Both the position numbers and the translations under genes were made by a program. 64,000 nt of DNA, from positions 165,478,001 through 165,542,000 of the forward strand of contig OZ024742.1 in NCBI GenBank assembly GCA_964016885.1. Direction: 5' to 3'. The stretch comes from Eledone cirrhosa. Its lineage: Eukaryota. The notes beneath the pieces were generated by a model. The model worked only from the letters and a program-made list of their open reading frames with translations. It did no database searches and was not told the origin of the DNA. Below, one piece after another: positions 12,246 through 26,700 of this stretch; positions within the stretch are counted from its first letter, which is position 1; every line of letters starts with the position of its first letter.

Positions 12246-15200
12246 AAATTATCTCCCCTTGGACGGCTGGAAATTATATCCCCTTGGACGGCTGGAAATT
12301 ACCTCCCCTTGGACAGCTGGAAATTATCTGCCCTTGATTTTGTTTTTACAAATTATCTCCCCCTGATTTTTTTTACAAATTATCTCCACCTGATTTTTTA
12401 AAAAATTATCTCCCCTTGGACGGCTGGAAATTATCTCCCCTTGATTTTTTTTACAAATTATCTCCCCCTGATTTTTTTTTACAAATTATCTCCCCCTGAT
12501 TTTTTTTTACAAATTATCTCCCCCTGATTTTTTTTTACAAATTATCTGCCCCTGATTTTTTTTACAAATTATCTCCCCCTGATTTTTTTACAAATTATCT
12601 CCCCTTGGCTGGCTGGAAATTATCTCCCCTTGGAGGCTGGAATTTATCTCCCCTTGGACGGCTAGAAATTACCTCTCCTTGGACGGCTGGAAAATATTTC
12701 TCCTTGGACGGCTGGATATTATCTACCCTTGGACGGGTGGAAATTATCTCCCCTTGGACGGCTGGAAATTATCTCCCCTTGGACGGCTAGATATTACCTC
12801 CCCTTGGACGACTGGAAATTATCTCCCCTTGATTTTTTTTACAAATTATCTCCCCCTGATTTTTTTTTTACAAATTATCTCCCCCTGATTTTTTTTACAA
12901 ATTATCTCCGCCTGATTTTTTTAAATATTATCTTCTCTTGGCTGGCGGGAAATTATCTCCCCTTGGACGGCTGAAAATTATCTCCCCTTGGACGGCTGGA
13001 AATTATCTCCCCTTGATTTTTTTTACAAATTATCTCCCCCTGATTTTTTTTTACAAATTATCTCCCCCTGATTTTTTTTTACAAATTATCTCCCCCTGAT
13101 TTTTTTTTTACAAATTATCTCCCTCTGATTTATTTACAAATTATCTCCCCCTGATTTTTTTTACAAATTATCTCCGCCTGATTTTTTTAAATATTATCTT
13201 CTCTTGGCTGGCGGGAAATTATCTCCCCTTGGACGGCTGAAAATTATCTCCCCTTGGACGGCTGGAAATTATCTCCCCTTGATTTTTTTTACAAATTATC
13301 TCCCCCTGATTTTTTTTTACAAATTATCTCCCCCTGATTTTTTTTTACAAATTATCTCCCCCTGATTTTTTTTTACAAATTATCTCCCCCTGATTTTTTT
13401 TACAAATTATCTCCCCCTGATTTTTTTACAAATTATCTCCCCTTGGCTGGCTGGAAATTATCTCCCCTTGGAGGCTGGAATTTATCTCCCCTTGGACGGC
13501 TAGAAATTACCTCTCCTTGGACGGCTGGAAATTATCTCTCCTCGGACGACTAGAAATTACCTCTCCTTGGACAGCTGAAAATTATCTCCCCTTGGACGGC
13601 TGGAAATTATCTCCCCTTGATTTTTTTTACAAATTATCTCCCCCTGATTTATTTTACAAATTATCTCCCCCTGATTTTTTTTTACAAATTATCTCCCCCT
13701 GATTTTTTTTACAAATTATCTCCCCCTGATATTTTTTACAAATTATCTCCCCCTGATTTTTTTACAAATTATCTCCCCTTGGCTGGCTGGAAATTATCTA
13801 CCCTTGGAGGCTGGAATTTATCTCCCCTTGGACGGCTAGAAATTACCTCGCCTTGGACGGCTGGAAAATATGTCTCCTTGGACGGCTGGAAATTATCTCC
13901 CCTTGGACGGCTGGAAATTATCTCCCCTTGGACGGCTGGAAATTATCTCCCCTTGGACGGCTAGATATTACCTCCCCTTGGACGGCTGGAAATTATCTCC
14001 CCTTGATTTTTTTTACAAATTATCTCCCCCTGATTTTTTTTTACAAATTATCTCCCCCTGATTTTTTTTACGATCTCCCCCTGATTTTTTTTTACAAATT
14101 ATCTCCGCCTGATTTTTTTTAAAAAATTATCTCCCCTTGAACGGCTGGAAATTATCTCCCCTTGGACGGCTGGAAATTATCTCCCCTTGGACGGCTAGAA
14201 ATTACCTCTCCTTGGACGGCTGAAAATTATCTCCCATTGGACGGCTGCAAATTATCTCCCCTTGATTTTTTAACAAATTATCTCCCCCTGATTTTTTTTT
14301 ACAAATTATCTCCCCCTGATTTTTTTTTACAAATTATCTACGCCTAATTTTTTTTACAAATTATCTCCCCCTGATTTTTTTTTACAAATTATCTCCCCCT
14401 GATTTTTTTTACAAATTATCTCCCCCTGATTTTTTTTTACAAATTATTTCCCCCTGATTTTTTTACAAATTATCTCCCCCCTGATTTTTTTTACAATCTC
14501 CGCCTGATTTTTTTAAAAATTATCTTCCCTTGGCTGGCGGGAAATTATCTCCCCTTGGACGGCTGGAAATTATATCCCCTTGGAAGGATGGAAATTATCT
14601 CCCCTTGGACGGCTGGAAATTATCTCCCCTTGGACGGCTGGAAATTATCTCCCCTTGGACAGCTGGAAATTATCTGTCCTTGATTTTGTTTTTACAAATT
14701 ATCTCCCCCTGATTTTTTTTACAAATTATCTCCACCTGATTTTTTAAAAAATTATCTCCCCTTGGACGGCTGGAAATTATCTCCCCTTGATTTTTTTTAC
14801 AAATTATCTCCCCCTGATTTTTTTTTACAAATTATCTCCCCCTGATTTTTTTTTACAAATTATCTCCCCCTGATTTTTTTTTACAAATTATCTCACCCTG
14901 ATTTTTTTTACAAATTATCTCTCCCTGATTTTTTTACAAATTATCTCCCCTTGGCTGGCTGGAAATTATCTCCCCTTGGAGGCTGGAATTTATCTCCCCT
15001 TGGACGGCTAGAAATTACCTCTCCTTGGACGGCTGGAAAATATGTCTCCTTGGACGGCTGGATATTATCTACCCTTGGACGGCTGGAAATTATCTCCCCT
15101 TGGACGGCTGGAAATTATCTCCTGTTGGACGGCTAGATATTACCTCCCCTTGGACGGCTGGAAATTATCTCCCCTTGATTTTTTTACAAATTATCTCCCC

Positions 15201-18200
15201 CTGATTTTTTTACAAATTATCTCCCCCTGATTTTTTTTACAAATTATCTCCGCCTAATTTTTTTAAATATTATCTTCCCTTGGCTGGCGGGAAATTATCT
15301 CCCCTTGGACGGCTGAAAATTATCTCCCCTTGGACGGCTGGAAATTATCTCCCCTTGATTTTTTTTACAAATTATCTCCCCCTGATTTTTTTTTACAAAT
15401 TATCTCCCCCTGATTTTTTTTACAAATTATCTCCCCCTGATTTTTTTACAAATTATCTCCCCTTGGCTGGCTGGAAATTATCTCCCCTTGGAGGCTGGAA
15501 TTTATCTCCCCTTGGACGGCTAGAAATTACCTCTCCTTGGAAGGCTGGAAAATATGTCCTTGGACGGCTGGATATTATCTACCCTTGGACGGCTGGAAAT
15601 TATCTCCCCTTGGACGGCTGGAAATTATCTCCCCTTGGACGGCTAGATATTACCTCCCCTTGGACGGCTGAAAATTATCTCCCCTTGGACGGCTGGAAAT
15701 TATCTCCCCTTGATTTTTTTTTACAAATTATCTCCCCCTGATTATTTTTTACAAATTATCCCCTGATTTTTTTTTTACAAATTATCTCCCCCTGATTTTT
15801 TTTACAAATTATCTCCCCCTGATTTTTTTACAAATTATCTCCCCTTGGCTGGCTGGAAATTATCTCCCATTGGAGGCTGGAATTTATCTCCCCTTGGACG
15901 GTTAGAAATTACCTCCCCTTGGACAGCTGAAAATTATCTCCCCTTGGACGGCTGGAAATTATCTCCCCTTGATTTTTTTTACAAATTATCTCCCCCTGAT
16001 TTTTTTTTACAAATTATCTCCCCCTGATTTTTTTTTACAAATTATCTCCCCCTGATTTTTTTTTACAAATTATCTCCCCCTGATATTTTTTACAAATTAT
16101 CTCCCCCTGATTTTTTTACAAATTATCTCCCCTTGGCTGGCTGGAAATTATCTCCCCTTGGAGGCTGGAATTTATCTCCCCTTGGACGGCTAGAACTTAC
16201 CTCGCCTTGGACGGCTGGAAAATATGTCTCCTTGGACGGCTGGAAATTATCTCCCCTTGGACGGCTGGAAATTATCTCCCCTTGGACAGCTGGAAATTAT
16301 CTCCCCTTGGACGGCTAGATATTACCTCCCCTTGGACGGCTGGAAATTATCTCCCCTTGATTTTTTTTACAAATTATCTCCCCCTGATTTTTTTTTACAA
16401 ATTATCTCCCCCTGATTTTTTTTTACGAATTATCTCCCCCCGATTTTTTTTTACAAATTATCTCCGCCTGATTTTTTTTTAAAAATTATCTCCCCTTGAA
16501 CGGCTGGAAATTATCTCCCCTTGGACGGCTGGAAATTATCTCCCCTTGGACGGCTAGAAATTACCTCTCCTTGGACGGCTGAAAATTATCTCCCCTTGGA
16601 CGGCTGCAAATTATCTCCCCTTGATTTTTTAACAAATTATCTCCCCCTGATTTTTTTTTACAAATTATCTCCCCCTGATTTTTTTTTACAAATTATCTCC
16701 CCCTGATTTTTTTTTACAAATTATCTCCCCCTGATTTTTTTTACAAATTATCTCCCCCTGATTTTTTTTACAATCTCCGCCTGATTTTTTAAAAAATTAT
16801 CTTCCCTTGGCTGGCGGGAAATTATCTCCCCTTGGACGGCTGGAAATTATCTCCCCTTGATTTTTTTACAAATTATCTCCCCCTGATTTTTTTTACAAAT
16901 TATCTCCCCCTGATTTTATGTTACAAATTATCTCCCCCTGATTTTTTTACAAATTATCTCCCCCTGATTTTTTTTACAAATTATCTCCGCCTGATTTTTT
17001 TAAATATTATCTTCCCTTGGCTGGCGGGAAATTATCTCCCCTTGGACGGCTGGAAATTATCTCCCCTTGATTTTTTTTACAAATTATCTCCCCCTGATTT
17101 TTTTTTACAAATTATCTCCCCCTGATTTTTTTTTACAAATTATCTCCCCCTGATTTTTTTTTACAAATTATCTCCCCCTGATTTTTTTTTACAAATCTCC
17201 CCCTGATTTTTTTATAAATTATCTCCCCTTGGCTGGCTGGAAATTATCTCCCCTTGGAGGCTGGAATTTATCTCCCCTTGGACGGCTAGAAATTACCTCT
17301 CCTTGGATGGCTGGAAAATATGTCTCCTTGGACGGCTGGATATTATCTACCCTTGGACGGCTGGAAATTATCTCCCCTTGGACGGCTGGAAATTATCTCC
17401 CCTTGGACGGCTAGATATTACCTCCCATTGGACGGCTGGAAATTATCTCCCCTTGATATTTTTTACAAATTATCTCCCCCTGATTTTTTTTTACGAATTA
17501 TCTCCCCCTGATTTTTTTTTACAAATTATCTCCGCCTGATTTTTTTTTAAAAATTATCTCCCCTTGAACGGCTGGAAATTATCTCCCCTTGGACGGCTGG
17601 AAATTATCTCCCCTTGGACGGCTAGAAATTACCTCTCCTTGGACTGCTGAAAATTATCTCCCCTTGGACGGCTGCAAATTATCTCCCCTTGATTTTTTTA
17701 ACAAATTATCTCCCCCTGATTTTTTTTTACAAATTATCTCCCCCTGATTTTTTTTTACAAATTATCTACGCCTAATTTTTTTTACAAATTATCTCCCCCT
17801 GATTTTTTTTTACAAATTATCTCCCCCTGATTTTTTTTACAAATTATCTCCCCCTGATTTTTTTTACAAATTATCTCCCCCTGATTTTTTTACAAATTAT
17901 CTCCCCCCTGATTTTTTTTACAATCTCCGCCTGATTTTTTTAAAAATTATCTTCCCTTGGCTGGCGGGAAATTATCTCCCCTTGGACGGCTGGAAATTAT
18001 ATCCCCTTGGAAGGATGGAAATTATCTCCCCTTGGACGGCTGGAAATTATCTCCCCTTGGACGGCTGGAAATTACCTCCCCTTGGACAGCTGGAAATTAT
18101 CTGCCCTTGATTTTGTTTTTACAAATTATCTCCCCCTGATTTTTTTTACAAATTATCTCCACCTGATTTTTTAAAAAATTATCTCCCCTTGGACGGCTGG

Positions 18201-19280
18201 AAATTATCTCCCCTTGGACGGCTGGAAATTATCTCCCCTTGATTTTTTTTACAAATTATCTCCCCCTGATTTTTTTTTACAAATTATCTCCCCCTGATTT
18301 TTTTTACAAATTATCTCCCCCTGATTTTTTTTTACAAATTATTTCCCCCTGATTTTTTTACAAATTATCTCCCCCCTGATTTTTTTTACAATTTCCGCCT
18401 GATTTTTTTAAAAATTATCTTCCCTTGGCTGGCGGGAAATTATCTCCCCTTGGACGGCTGGAAATTATATCCCCTTGGAAGGATGGAAATTATCTCCCCT
18501 TGGACGGCTGGAAATTATCTCCCCTTGGACGGCTGGAAATTATCTCCCCTTGGACAGCTGGAAATTATCTGCCCTTGATTTTGTTTTTACAAATTATCTC
18601 CCCCTGATTTTTTTTACAAATTATCTCCACCTGATTTTTTAAAAAATTATCTCCCCTTGGACGGCTGGAAATTATCTCCCCTTGATTTTTTTTACAAATT
18701 ATCTCCCCCTGATTTTTTTTTACAAATTATCTCCCCCTGATTTTTTTTACAAATTATCTCCCCCTGATTTTTTTTTACAAATTATCTCACCCTGATTTTT
18801 TTTACAAATTATCTCTCCCTGATTTTTTTACAAATTATCTCCCCTTGGCTGGCTGGAAATTATCTCCCCTTGGAGGCTGGAATTTATCTCCCCTTGGACG
18901 GCTAGAAATTACCTCTCCTTGGACGGCTGGAAAATATGTCTCCTTGGACGGCTGGATATTATCTACCCTTGGACGGCTGGAAATTATCTCCCCTTGGACG
19001 GCTGGAAATTATCTCCTCTTGGACGGCTAGATATTACCTCCCCTTGGACGGCTGGAAATTATCTCCCCTTGATTTTTTTACAAATTATCTCCCCCTGATT
19101 TTTTTACAAATTATCTCCCCCTGATTTTTTTTACAAATTATCTCCGCCTAATTTTTTTAAATATTATCTTCCCTTGGCTGGCGGGAAATTATCTCCCCTT
19201 GGACGGCTGAAAATTATCTCCCCTTGGACGGCTGGAAATTATCTCCCCTTGATTTTTTTTACAAATTATCTCCCCCTGAT
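12246..19280 (+). repeat. ~7-kb duplicated block, copy 1 (copy 2 at ~53991-61110)
   Basis: ORF-track offsets: 12605/54350, 13617/55409, 14530/56327, 16133/58028, 17229/59069, 18845/60684 (41.7-41.9 kb). The offset changes mostly by whole-monomer indels. Confidence 0.88.
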
Positions 19281-20680
19281 TTTTTTTTAAAAATTATCTC
19301 CCCCTGATTTTTTTTACAAATTATCTCCTCCTGATTTTTTTACAAATTATCTCCCCTTGGCTGGCTGGAAATTATCTCCCCTTGGAGGCTGGAATTTATC
19401 TCCCCTTGGACGGCTAGAAATTACCTCTCCTTGGAAGGCTGGAAAATATGTCCTTGGACGGCTGGATATTATCTACCCTTGGACGGCTGGAAATTATCTC
19501 CCCTTGGACGGCTGGAAATTATCTCCCCTTGGACGGCTAGATATTACCTCCCCTTGGACGGCTGAAAATTATCTCCCCTTGGACGGCTGGAAATTATCTC
19601 CCCTTGATTTTTTTTACAAATTATCTCCCCCTGATTATTTTTTACAAATTATCCCCTGATTTTTTTTTTACAAATTATCTCCCCCTGATTTTTTTTACAA
19701 ATTATCTCCCCCTGATTTTTTTACAAATTATCTCCCCTTGGCTGGCTGGAAATTATCTCCCATTGGAGGCTGGAATTTATCTCCCCTTGGACGGTTAGAA
19801 ATTACCTCCCCTTGGACGGCTGGAAAATATGTCTCCTTGGACGGCTGGAAATTATCGCCCCTTGGACGGCTGGAAATTATCTCCCCTTGGACGGCTGGAA
19901 ATTATCTCTCATCGGACGGCTAGAAATTACCTCTCCTTGGACAGCTGAAAATTATCTCCCCTTGGACGGCTGGAAATTATCTCCCCTTGATTTTTTTTAC
20001 AAATTATCTCCCCCTGATTTTTTTTTACAAATTATCTCCCCCTGATTTTTTTTTACAAATTATCTCCCCCTGATTTTTTTTTACAAATTATCTCCCCCTG
20101 ATATTTTTTACAAATTATCTCCCCCTGATTTTTTTACAAATTATCTCCCCTTGGCTGGCTGGAAATTATCTCCCCTTGGAGGCTGGAATTTATCTCCCCT
20201 TGGACGGCTAGAAATTACCTCGCCTTGGACGGCTGGAAAATATGTCTCCTTGGACGGCTGGAAATTATCTCCCCTTGGACGGCTGGAAATTATCTCCCCT
20301 TGGACAGCTGGAAATTATCTCCCCTTGGACGGCTAGATATTACCTCCCCTTGGACGGCTGGAAATTATCTCCCCTTGATTTTTTTTACAAATTATCTCCC
20401 CCTGATTTTTTTTTACAAATTATCTCCCCCTGATTTTTTTTTACGAATTATCTCCCCCCGATTTTTTTTTACAAATTATCTCCGCCTGATTTTTTTTTAA
20501 AAATTATCTCCCCTTGAACGGCTGGAAATTATCTCCCCTTGGACGGCTGGAAATTATCTCCCCTTGGACGGCTAGAAATTACCTCTCCTTGGACGGCTGA
20601 AAATTATCTCCCCTTGGACGGCTGCAAATTATCTCCCCTTGATTTTTTAACAAATTATCTCCCCCTGATTTTTTTTTACA

Positions 20681-22250
20681 AATTATCTCCCCCTGATTTT
20701 TTTTTACAAATTATCTCCCCCTGATTTTTTTTTACAAATTATCTCCCCCTGATTTTTTTACAAATTATCTCCCCCTGATTTTTTTTACAATCTCCGCCTG
20801 ATTTTTTAAAAAATTATCTTCCCTTGGCTGGCGGGAAATTATCTCCCCTTGGACGGCTGGAAATTATCTCCCCTTGGACGGCTGGAAATTATCTCCCCTT
20901 GGACAGCTGGAAATTATCTGCCCTTGATTTTGTTTTTACAAATTATCTCCCCCTGATTTTTTTTACAAATTATCTCCACCTGATTTTTTAAAAAATTATC
21001 TCCCCTTGGACGGCTGGAAATTATCTCCCCTTGATTTTTTTACAAATTATCTCCCCCTGATTTTTTTTACAAATTATCTCCCCCTGATTTTATGTTACAA
21101 ATTATCTCCCCCTGATTTTTTTTTACAAATTATCTCCCCCTGATTTTTTTTTACAAATTATCTCCCCCTGATTTTTTTTTACAAATTATCTCACCCTGAT
21201 TTTTTTTACAAATTATCTCTCCCTGATTTTTTTACAAATTATCTCCCCTTGGCTGGCTGGAAATTATCTCCCCTTGGAGGCTGGAATTTATCTCCCCTTG
21301 GACGGCTAGAAATTACCTCTCCTTGGACGGCTGGAAAATATGTCTCCTTGGACGGCTGGATATTATCTACCCTTGGACGGCTGGAAATTATCTCCCCTTG
21401 GACGGCTGGAAATTATCTCCTCTTGGACGGCTAGATATTACCTCCCCTTGGACGGCTGGAAATTATCTCCCCCTGATTTTTTTTTACAAATTATCTCCCC
21501 CTGATTTTTTTTTACAAATTATCTCCCCCTGATTTTTTTACAAATTATCTCCCCCTGATTTTTTTTACAATCTCCGCCTGATTTTTTAAAAAATTATCTT
21601 CCCTTGGCTGGCGGGAAATTATCTCCCCTTGGACGGCTGGAAATTATCTCCCCTTGGACGGCTGGAAATTATCTCCCCTTGGACAGCTGGAAATTATCTG
21701 CCCTTGATTTTGTTTTTACAAATTATCTCCCCCTGATTTTTTTTACAAATTATCTCCACCTGATTTTTTAAAAAATTATCTCCCCTTGGACGGCTGGAAA
21801 TTATCTCCCCTTGATTTTTTTACAAATTATCTCCCCCTGATTTTTTTTACAAATTATCTCCCCCTGATTTTATGTTACAAATTATCTCCCCCTGATTTTT
21901 TTTTACAAATTATCTCCCCCTGATTTTTTTTTACAAATTATCTCCCCCTGATTTTTTTTTACAAATTATCTCACCCTGATTTTTTTTACAAATTATCTCT
22001 CCCTGATTTTTTTACAAATTATCTCCCCTTGGCTGGCTGGAAATTATCTCCCCTTGGAGGCTGGAATTTATCTCCCCTTGGACGGCTAGAAATTACCTCT
22101 CCTTGGACGGCTGGAAAATATGTCTCCTTGGACGGCTGGATATTATCTACCCTTGGACGGCTGGAAATTATCTCCCCTTGGACGGCTGGAAATTATCTCC
22201 TCTTGGACGGCTAGATATTACCTCCCCTTGGACGGCTGGAAATTATCTCC
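20681..22250 (+). repeat. Tandem duplication, 780-bp unit x2
   Basis: ORFs 21249/22029. Sequence from 21461 repeats sequence from 20681. Confidence 0.88.
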
Positions 22251-23761
22251 CCTTGATTTTTTTACAAATTATCTCCCCCTGATTTTTTTACAAATTATCT
22301 CCCCCTGATTTTTTTTACAAATTATCTCCGCCTAATTTTTTTAAATATTATCTCCCCTTGGACGGCTGGAAATTATCTCCCCTTGGACGGCTGGAAATTA
22401 TCTCCCCTTGGACAGCTGGAAATTATCTGCCCTTGATTTTGTTTTTACAAATTATCTCCCCCTGATTTTTTTTACAAATTATCTCCACCTGATTTTTTAA
22501 AAAATTATCTCCCCTTGGACGGCTGGAAATTATCTCCCCTTGATTTTTTTACAAATTATCTCCCCCTGATTTTTTTTACAAATTATCTCCCCCTGATTTT
22601 ATGTTACAAATTATCTCCCCCTGATTTTTTTTTACAAATTATCTCCCCCTGATTTTTTTTTACAAATTATCTCCCCCTGATTTTTTTTTACAAATTATCT
22701 CACCCTGATTTTTTTTACAAATTATCTCTCCCTGATTTTTTTACAAATTATCTCCCCTTGGCTGGCTGGAAATTATCTCCCCTTGGAGGCTGGAAATTAT
22801 CTCCCCTTGGACAGCTGGAAATTATCTGCCCTTGATTTTGTTTTTACAAATTATCTCCCCCTGATTTTTTAAAAAATTATCTTCCCTTGGCTGGCGGTAA
22901 ATTATCTCCCCTTGGACGGCTGGAAATTATCTCCCCTTGGACGGCTGGAAATTATCTCCCCTTGGACAGCTGGAAATTATCTGCCCTTGATTTTGTTTTT
23001 ACAAATTATCTCCCCCTGATTTTTTTTACAAATTATCTCCACCTGATTTTTTAAAAAATTATCTCCCCTTGGACGGCTGGAAATTATCTCCCCTTGATTT
23101 TTTTACAAATTATCTCCCCCTGATTTTTTTTACAAATTATCTCCCCCTGATTTTATGTTACAAATTATCTCCCCCTGATTTTTTTTTACAAATTATCTCC
23201 CCCTGATTTTATGTTACAAATTATCTCCCCCTGATTTTTTTACAAATTATCTCCCCCTGATTTTTTTTACAAATTATCTCCGCCTGATTTTTTTAAATAT
23301 TATCTTCCCTTGGCTGGCGGGAAATTATCTCCCCTTGGACGGCTGGAAATTATCTCCCCTTGATTTTTTTTACAAATTATCTCCCCCTGATTTTTTTTTA
23401 CAAATTATCTCCCCCTGATTTTTTTTTACAAATTATCTCCCCCTGATTTTTTTTTACAAATTATCTCCCCCTGATTTTTTTTTACAAATCTCCCCCTGAT
23501 TTTTTTATAAATTATCTCCCCTTGGCTGGCTGGAAATTATCTCCCCTTGGAGGCTGGAATTTATCTCCCCTTGGACGGCTAGAAATTACCTCTCCTTGGA
23601 TGGCTGGAAAATATGTCTCCTTGGACGGCTGGATATTATCTACCCTTGGACGGCTGGAAATTATCTCCCCTTGGACGGCTGGAAATTATCTCCCCTTGGA
23701 CGGCTAGATATTACCTCCCATTGGACGGCTGGAAATTATCTCCCCTTGATTTTTTTTACAA

Positions 23762-26700
23762 ATTATCTCCCCCTGATTTTTTTTTACGAATTATCTCCCC
23801 CTGATTTTTTTTTACAAATTATCTCCGCCTGATTTTTTTTTAAAAATTATCTCCCCTTGAACGGCTGGAAATTATCTCCCCTTGGACGGCTGGAAATTAT
23901 CTCCCCTTGGACGGCTAGAAATTACCTCTCCTTGGACGGCTGAAAATTATCTCCCCTTGGACGGCTGCAAATTATCTCCCCTTGATTTTTTTAACAAATT
24001 ATCTCCCCCTGATTTTTTTTTACAAATTATCTCCCCCTGATTTTTTTTACAAATTATCTACGCCTAATTTTTTTTACAAATTATCTCCCCCTGATTTTTT
24101 TTTACAAATTATCTCCCCCTGATTTTTTTTACAAATTATCTCCCCTTGGCTGGCTGGAAATTATCTCCCCTTGGAGGCTGGAATTTATCTCCCCTTGGAC
24201 GGTTAGAAATTACCTCTCCTTGGACTGCTGGAAAATATGTCTCCTTGGACGGCTGGAAATTATCTCCCCTTGGACGGCTGGAAATTATCTCCCCTTGGAC
24301 GGCTGGAAATTATCTCTCCTCGGACGACTAGAAATTACCTCTCCTTGGACAGCTGAAAATTATCTCCCCTTGGACGGCTGGAAATTATCTCCCCTTGATT
24401 TTTTTTACAAATTATCTCCCCCTGATTTATTTTACAAATTATCTCCCCCTGATTTTTTTTTACAAATTATCTCCCCCTGATTTTTTTTACAAATTATCTC
24501 CCCCTGATATTTTTTACAAATTATCTCCCCCTGATTTTTTTACAAATTATCTCCCCTTGGCTGGCTGGAAATTATCTACCCTTGGAGGCTGGAATTTATC
24601 TCCCCTTGGACGGCTAGAAATTACCTCGCCTTGGACGGCTGGAAAATATGTCTCCTTGGACGGCTGGAAATTATCTCCCCTTGGACGGCTGGAAATTATC
24701 TCCCCTTGGACGGCTGGAAATTATCTCCCCTTGGACGGCTAGATATTACCTCCCCTTGGACGGCTGGAAATTATCTCCCCTTGATTTTTTTTACAAATTA
24801 TCTCCCCCTGATTTTTTTTTACAAATTATCTCCCCCTGATTTTTTTTTACGAAGTATCTCCCCCTGATTTTTTTTTACAAATTATCTCCGCCTGATTTTT
24901 TTTTAAAAATTATCTCCCCTTGAACGGCTGGAAATTATCTCCCCTTGGACGGCTGGAAATTATCTCCCCTTGGACGGCTAGAAATTACCTCTCCTTGGAC
25001 GGCTGAAAATTATCTCCCATTGGACGGCTGCAAATTATCTCCCCTTGATTTTTTAACAAATTATCTCCCCCTGATTTTTTTTTACAAATTATCTCCCCCT
25101 GATTTTTTTTACAAATTATCTCCCCCTGATTTTTTTTTACAAATTATTTCCCCCTGATTTTTTTCCGCCTAATTTTTTTTACAAATTATCTCCCCCTGAT
25201 TTTTTTTTACAAATTATCTCCCCCTGATTTTTTTTACAAATTATCTCCCCCTGATTTTTTTTTACAAATTATTTCCCCCTGATTTTTTTACAAATTATCT
25301 CCCCCTGATTTTTTTTTACAAATTATCTCCCCCTGATATTTTTTACAAATTATCTCCCCCTGATTTTTTTACAAATTATCTCCCCTTGGCTGGCTGGAAA
25401 TTATCTCCCCTTGGAGGCTGGAATTTATCTCCCCTTGGACGGCTAGAAATTACCTCGCCTTGGACGGCTGGAAAATATGTCTCCTTGGACGGCTGGAAAT
25501 TATCTCCCCTTGGACGGCTGGAAATTATCTCCCCTTGGACAGCTGGAAATTATCTCCCCTTGGACGGCTAGATATTACCTCCCCTTGGACGGCTGGAAAT
25601 TATCTCCCCTTGATTTTTTTTACAAATTATCTCCCCCTGATTTTTTTTTACAAATTATCTCCCCCTGATTTTTTTTTACGAATTATCTCCCCCCGATTTT
25701 TTTTTACAAATTATCTCCGCCTGATTTTTTTTTAAAAATTATCTCCCCTTGAACGGCTGGAAATTATCTCCCCTTGGACGGCTGGAAATTATCTCCCCTT
25801 GGACGGCTAGAAATTACCTCTCCTTGGACGGCTGAAAATTATCTCCCCTTGGACGGCTGCAAATTATCTCCCCTTGATTTTTTAACAAATTATCTCCCCC
25901 TGATTTTTTTTTACAAATTATCTCCCCCTGATTTTTTTTTACAAATTATCTCCCCCTGATTTTTTTTTACAAATTATCTCCCCCTGATTTTTTTACAAAT
26001 TATCTCCCCCTGACTTTTTTTACAATCTCCGCCTGATTTTTTAAAAAATTATCTTCCCTTGGCTGGCGGGAAATTATCTCCCCTTGGACGGCTGGAAATT
26101 ATCTCCCCTTGGACGGCTGGAAATTATCTCCCCTTGGACGGCTGGAAATTATCTCCCCTTGATTTTTTTACAAATTATCTCCCCCTGATTTTTTTTACAA
26201 ATTATCTCCCCCTGATTTTATGTTACAAATTATCTCCCCCTGATTTTTTTTTACAAATTATCTCCCCCTGATTTTTTTTTACAAATTATCTCCCCCTGAT
26301 TTTTTTTTACAAATTATCTCCCCCCTGATTTTTTTTACAATCTCCGCCTGATTTTTTAAAAAATTATCTTCCCTTGGCTGGCGGGAAATTATCTCCCCTT
26401 GGACGGCTGGAAATTATATCCCCTTGGAAGGATGGAAATTATCTCCCCTTGGACGGCTGGAAATTATCTCCCCTTGGACGGCTGGAAATTATCTCCCCTT
26501 GGACAGCTGGAAATTATCTGCCCTTGATTTTGTATTTACAAATTATCTCCCCCTGATTTTTTTTACAAATTATCTCCACCTGATTTTTTAAAAAATTATC
26601 TCCCCTTGGACGGCTGGAAATTATCTCCCCTTGATTTTTTTACAAATTATCTCCCCCTGATTTTTTTTACAAATTATCTCCCCCTGATTTTTTGTTACAA

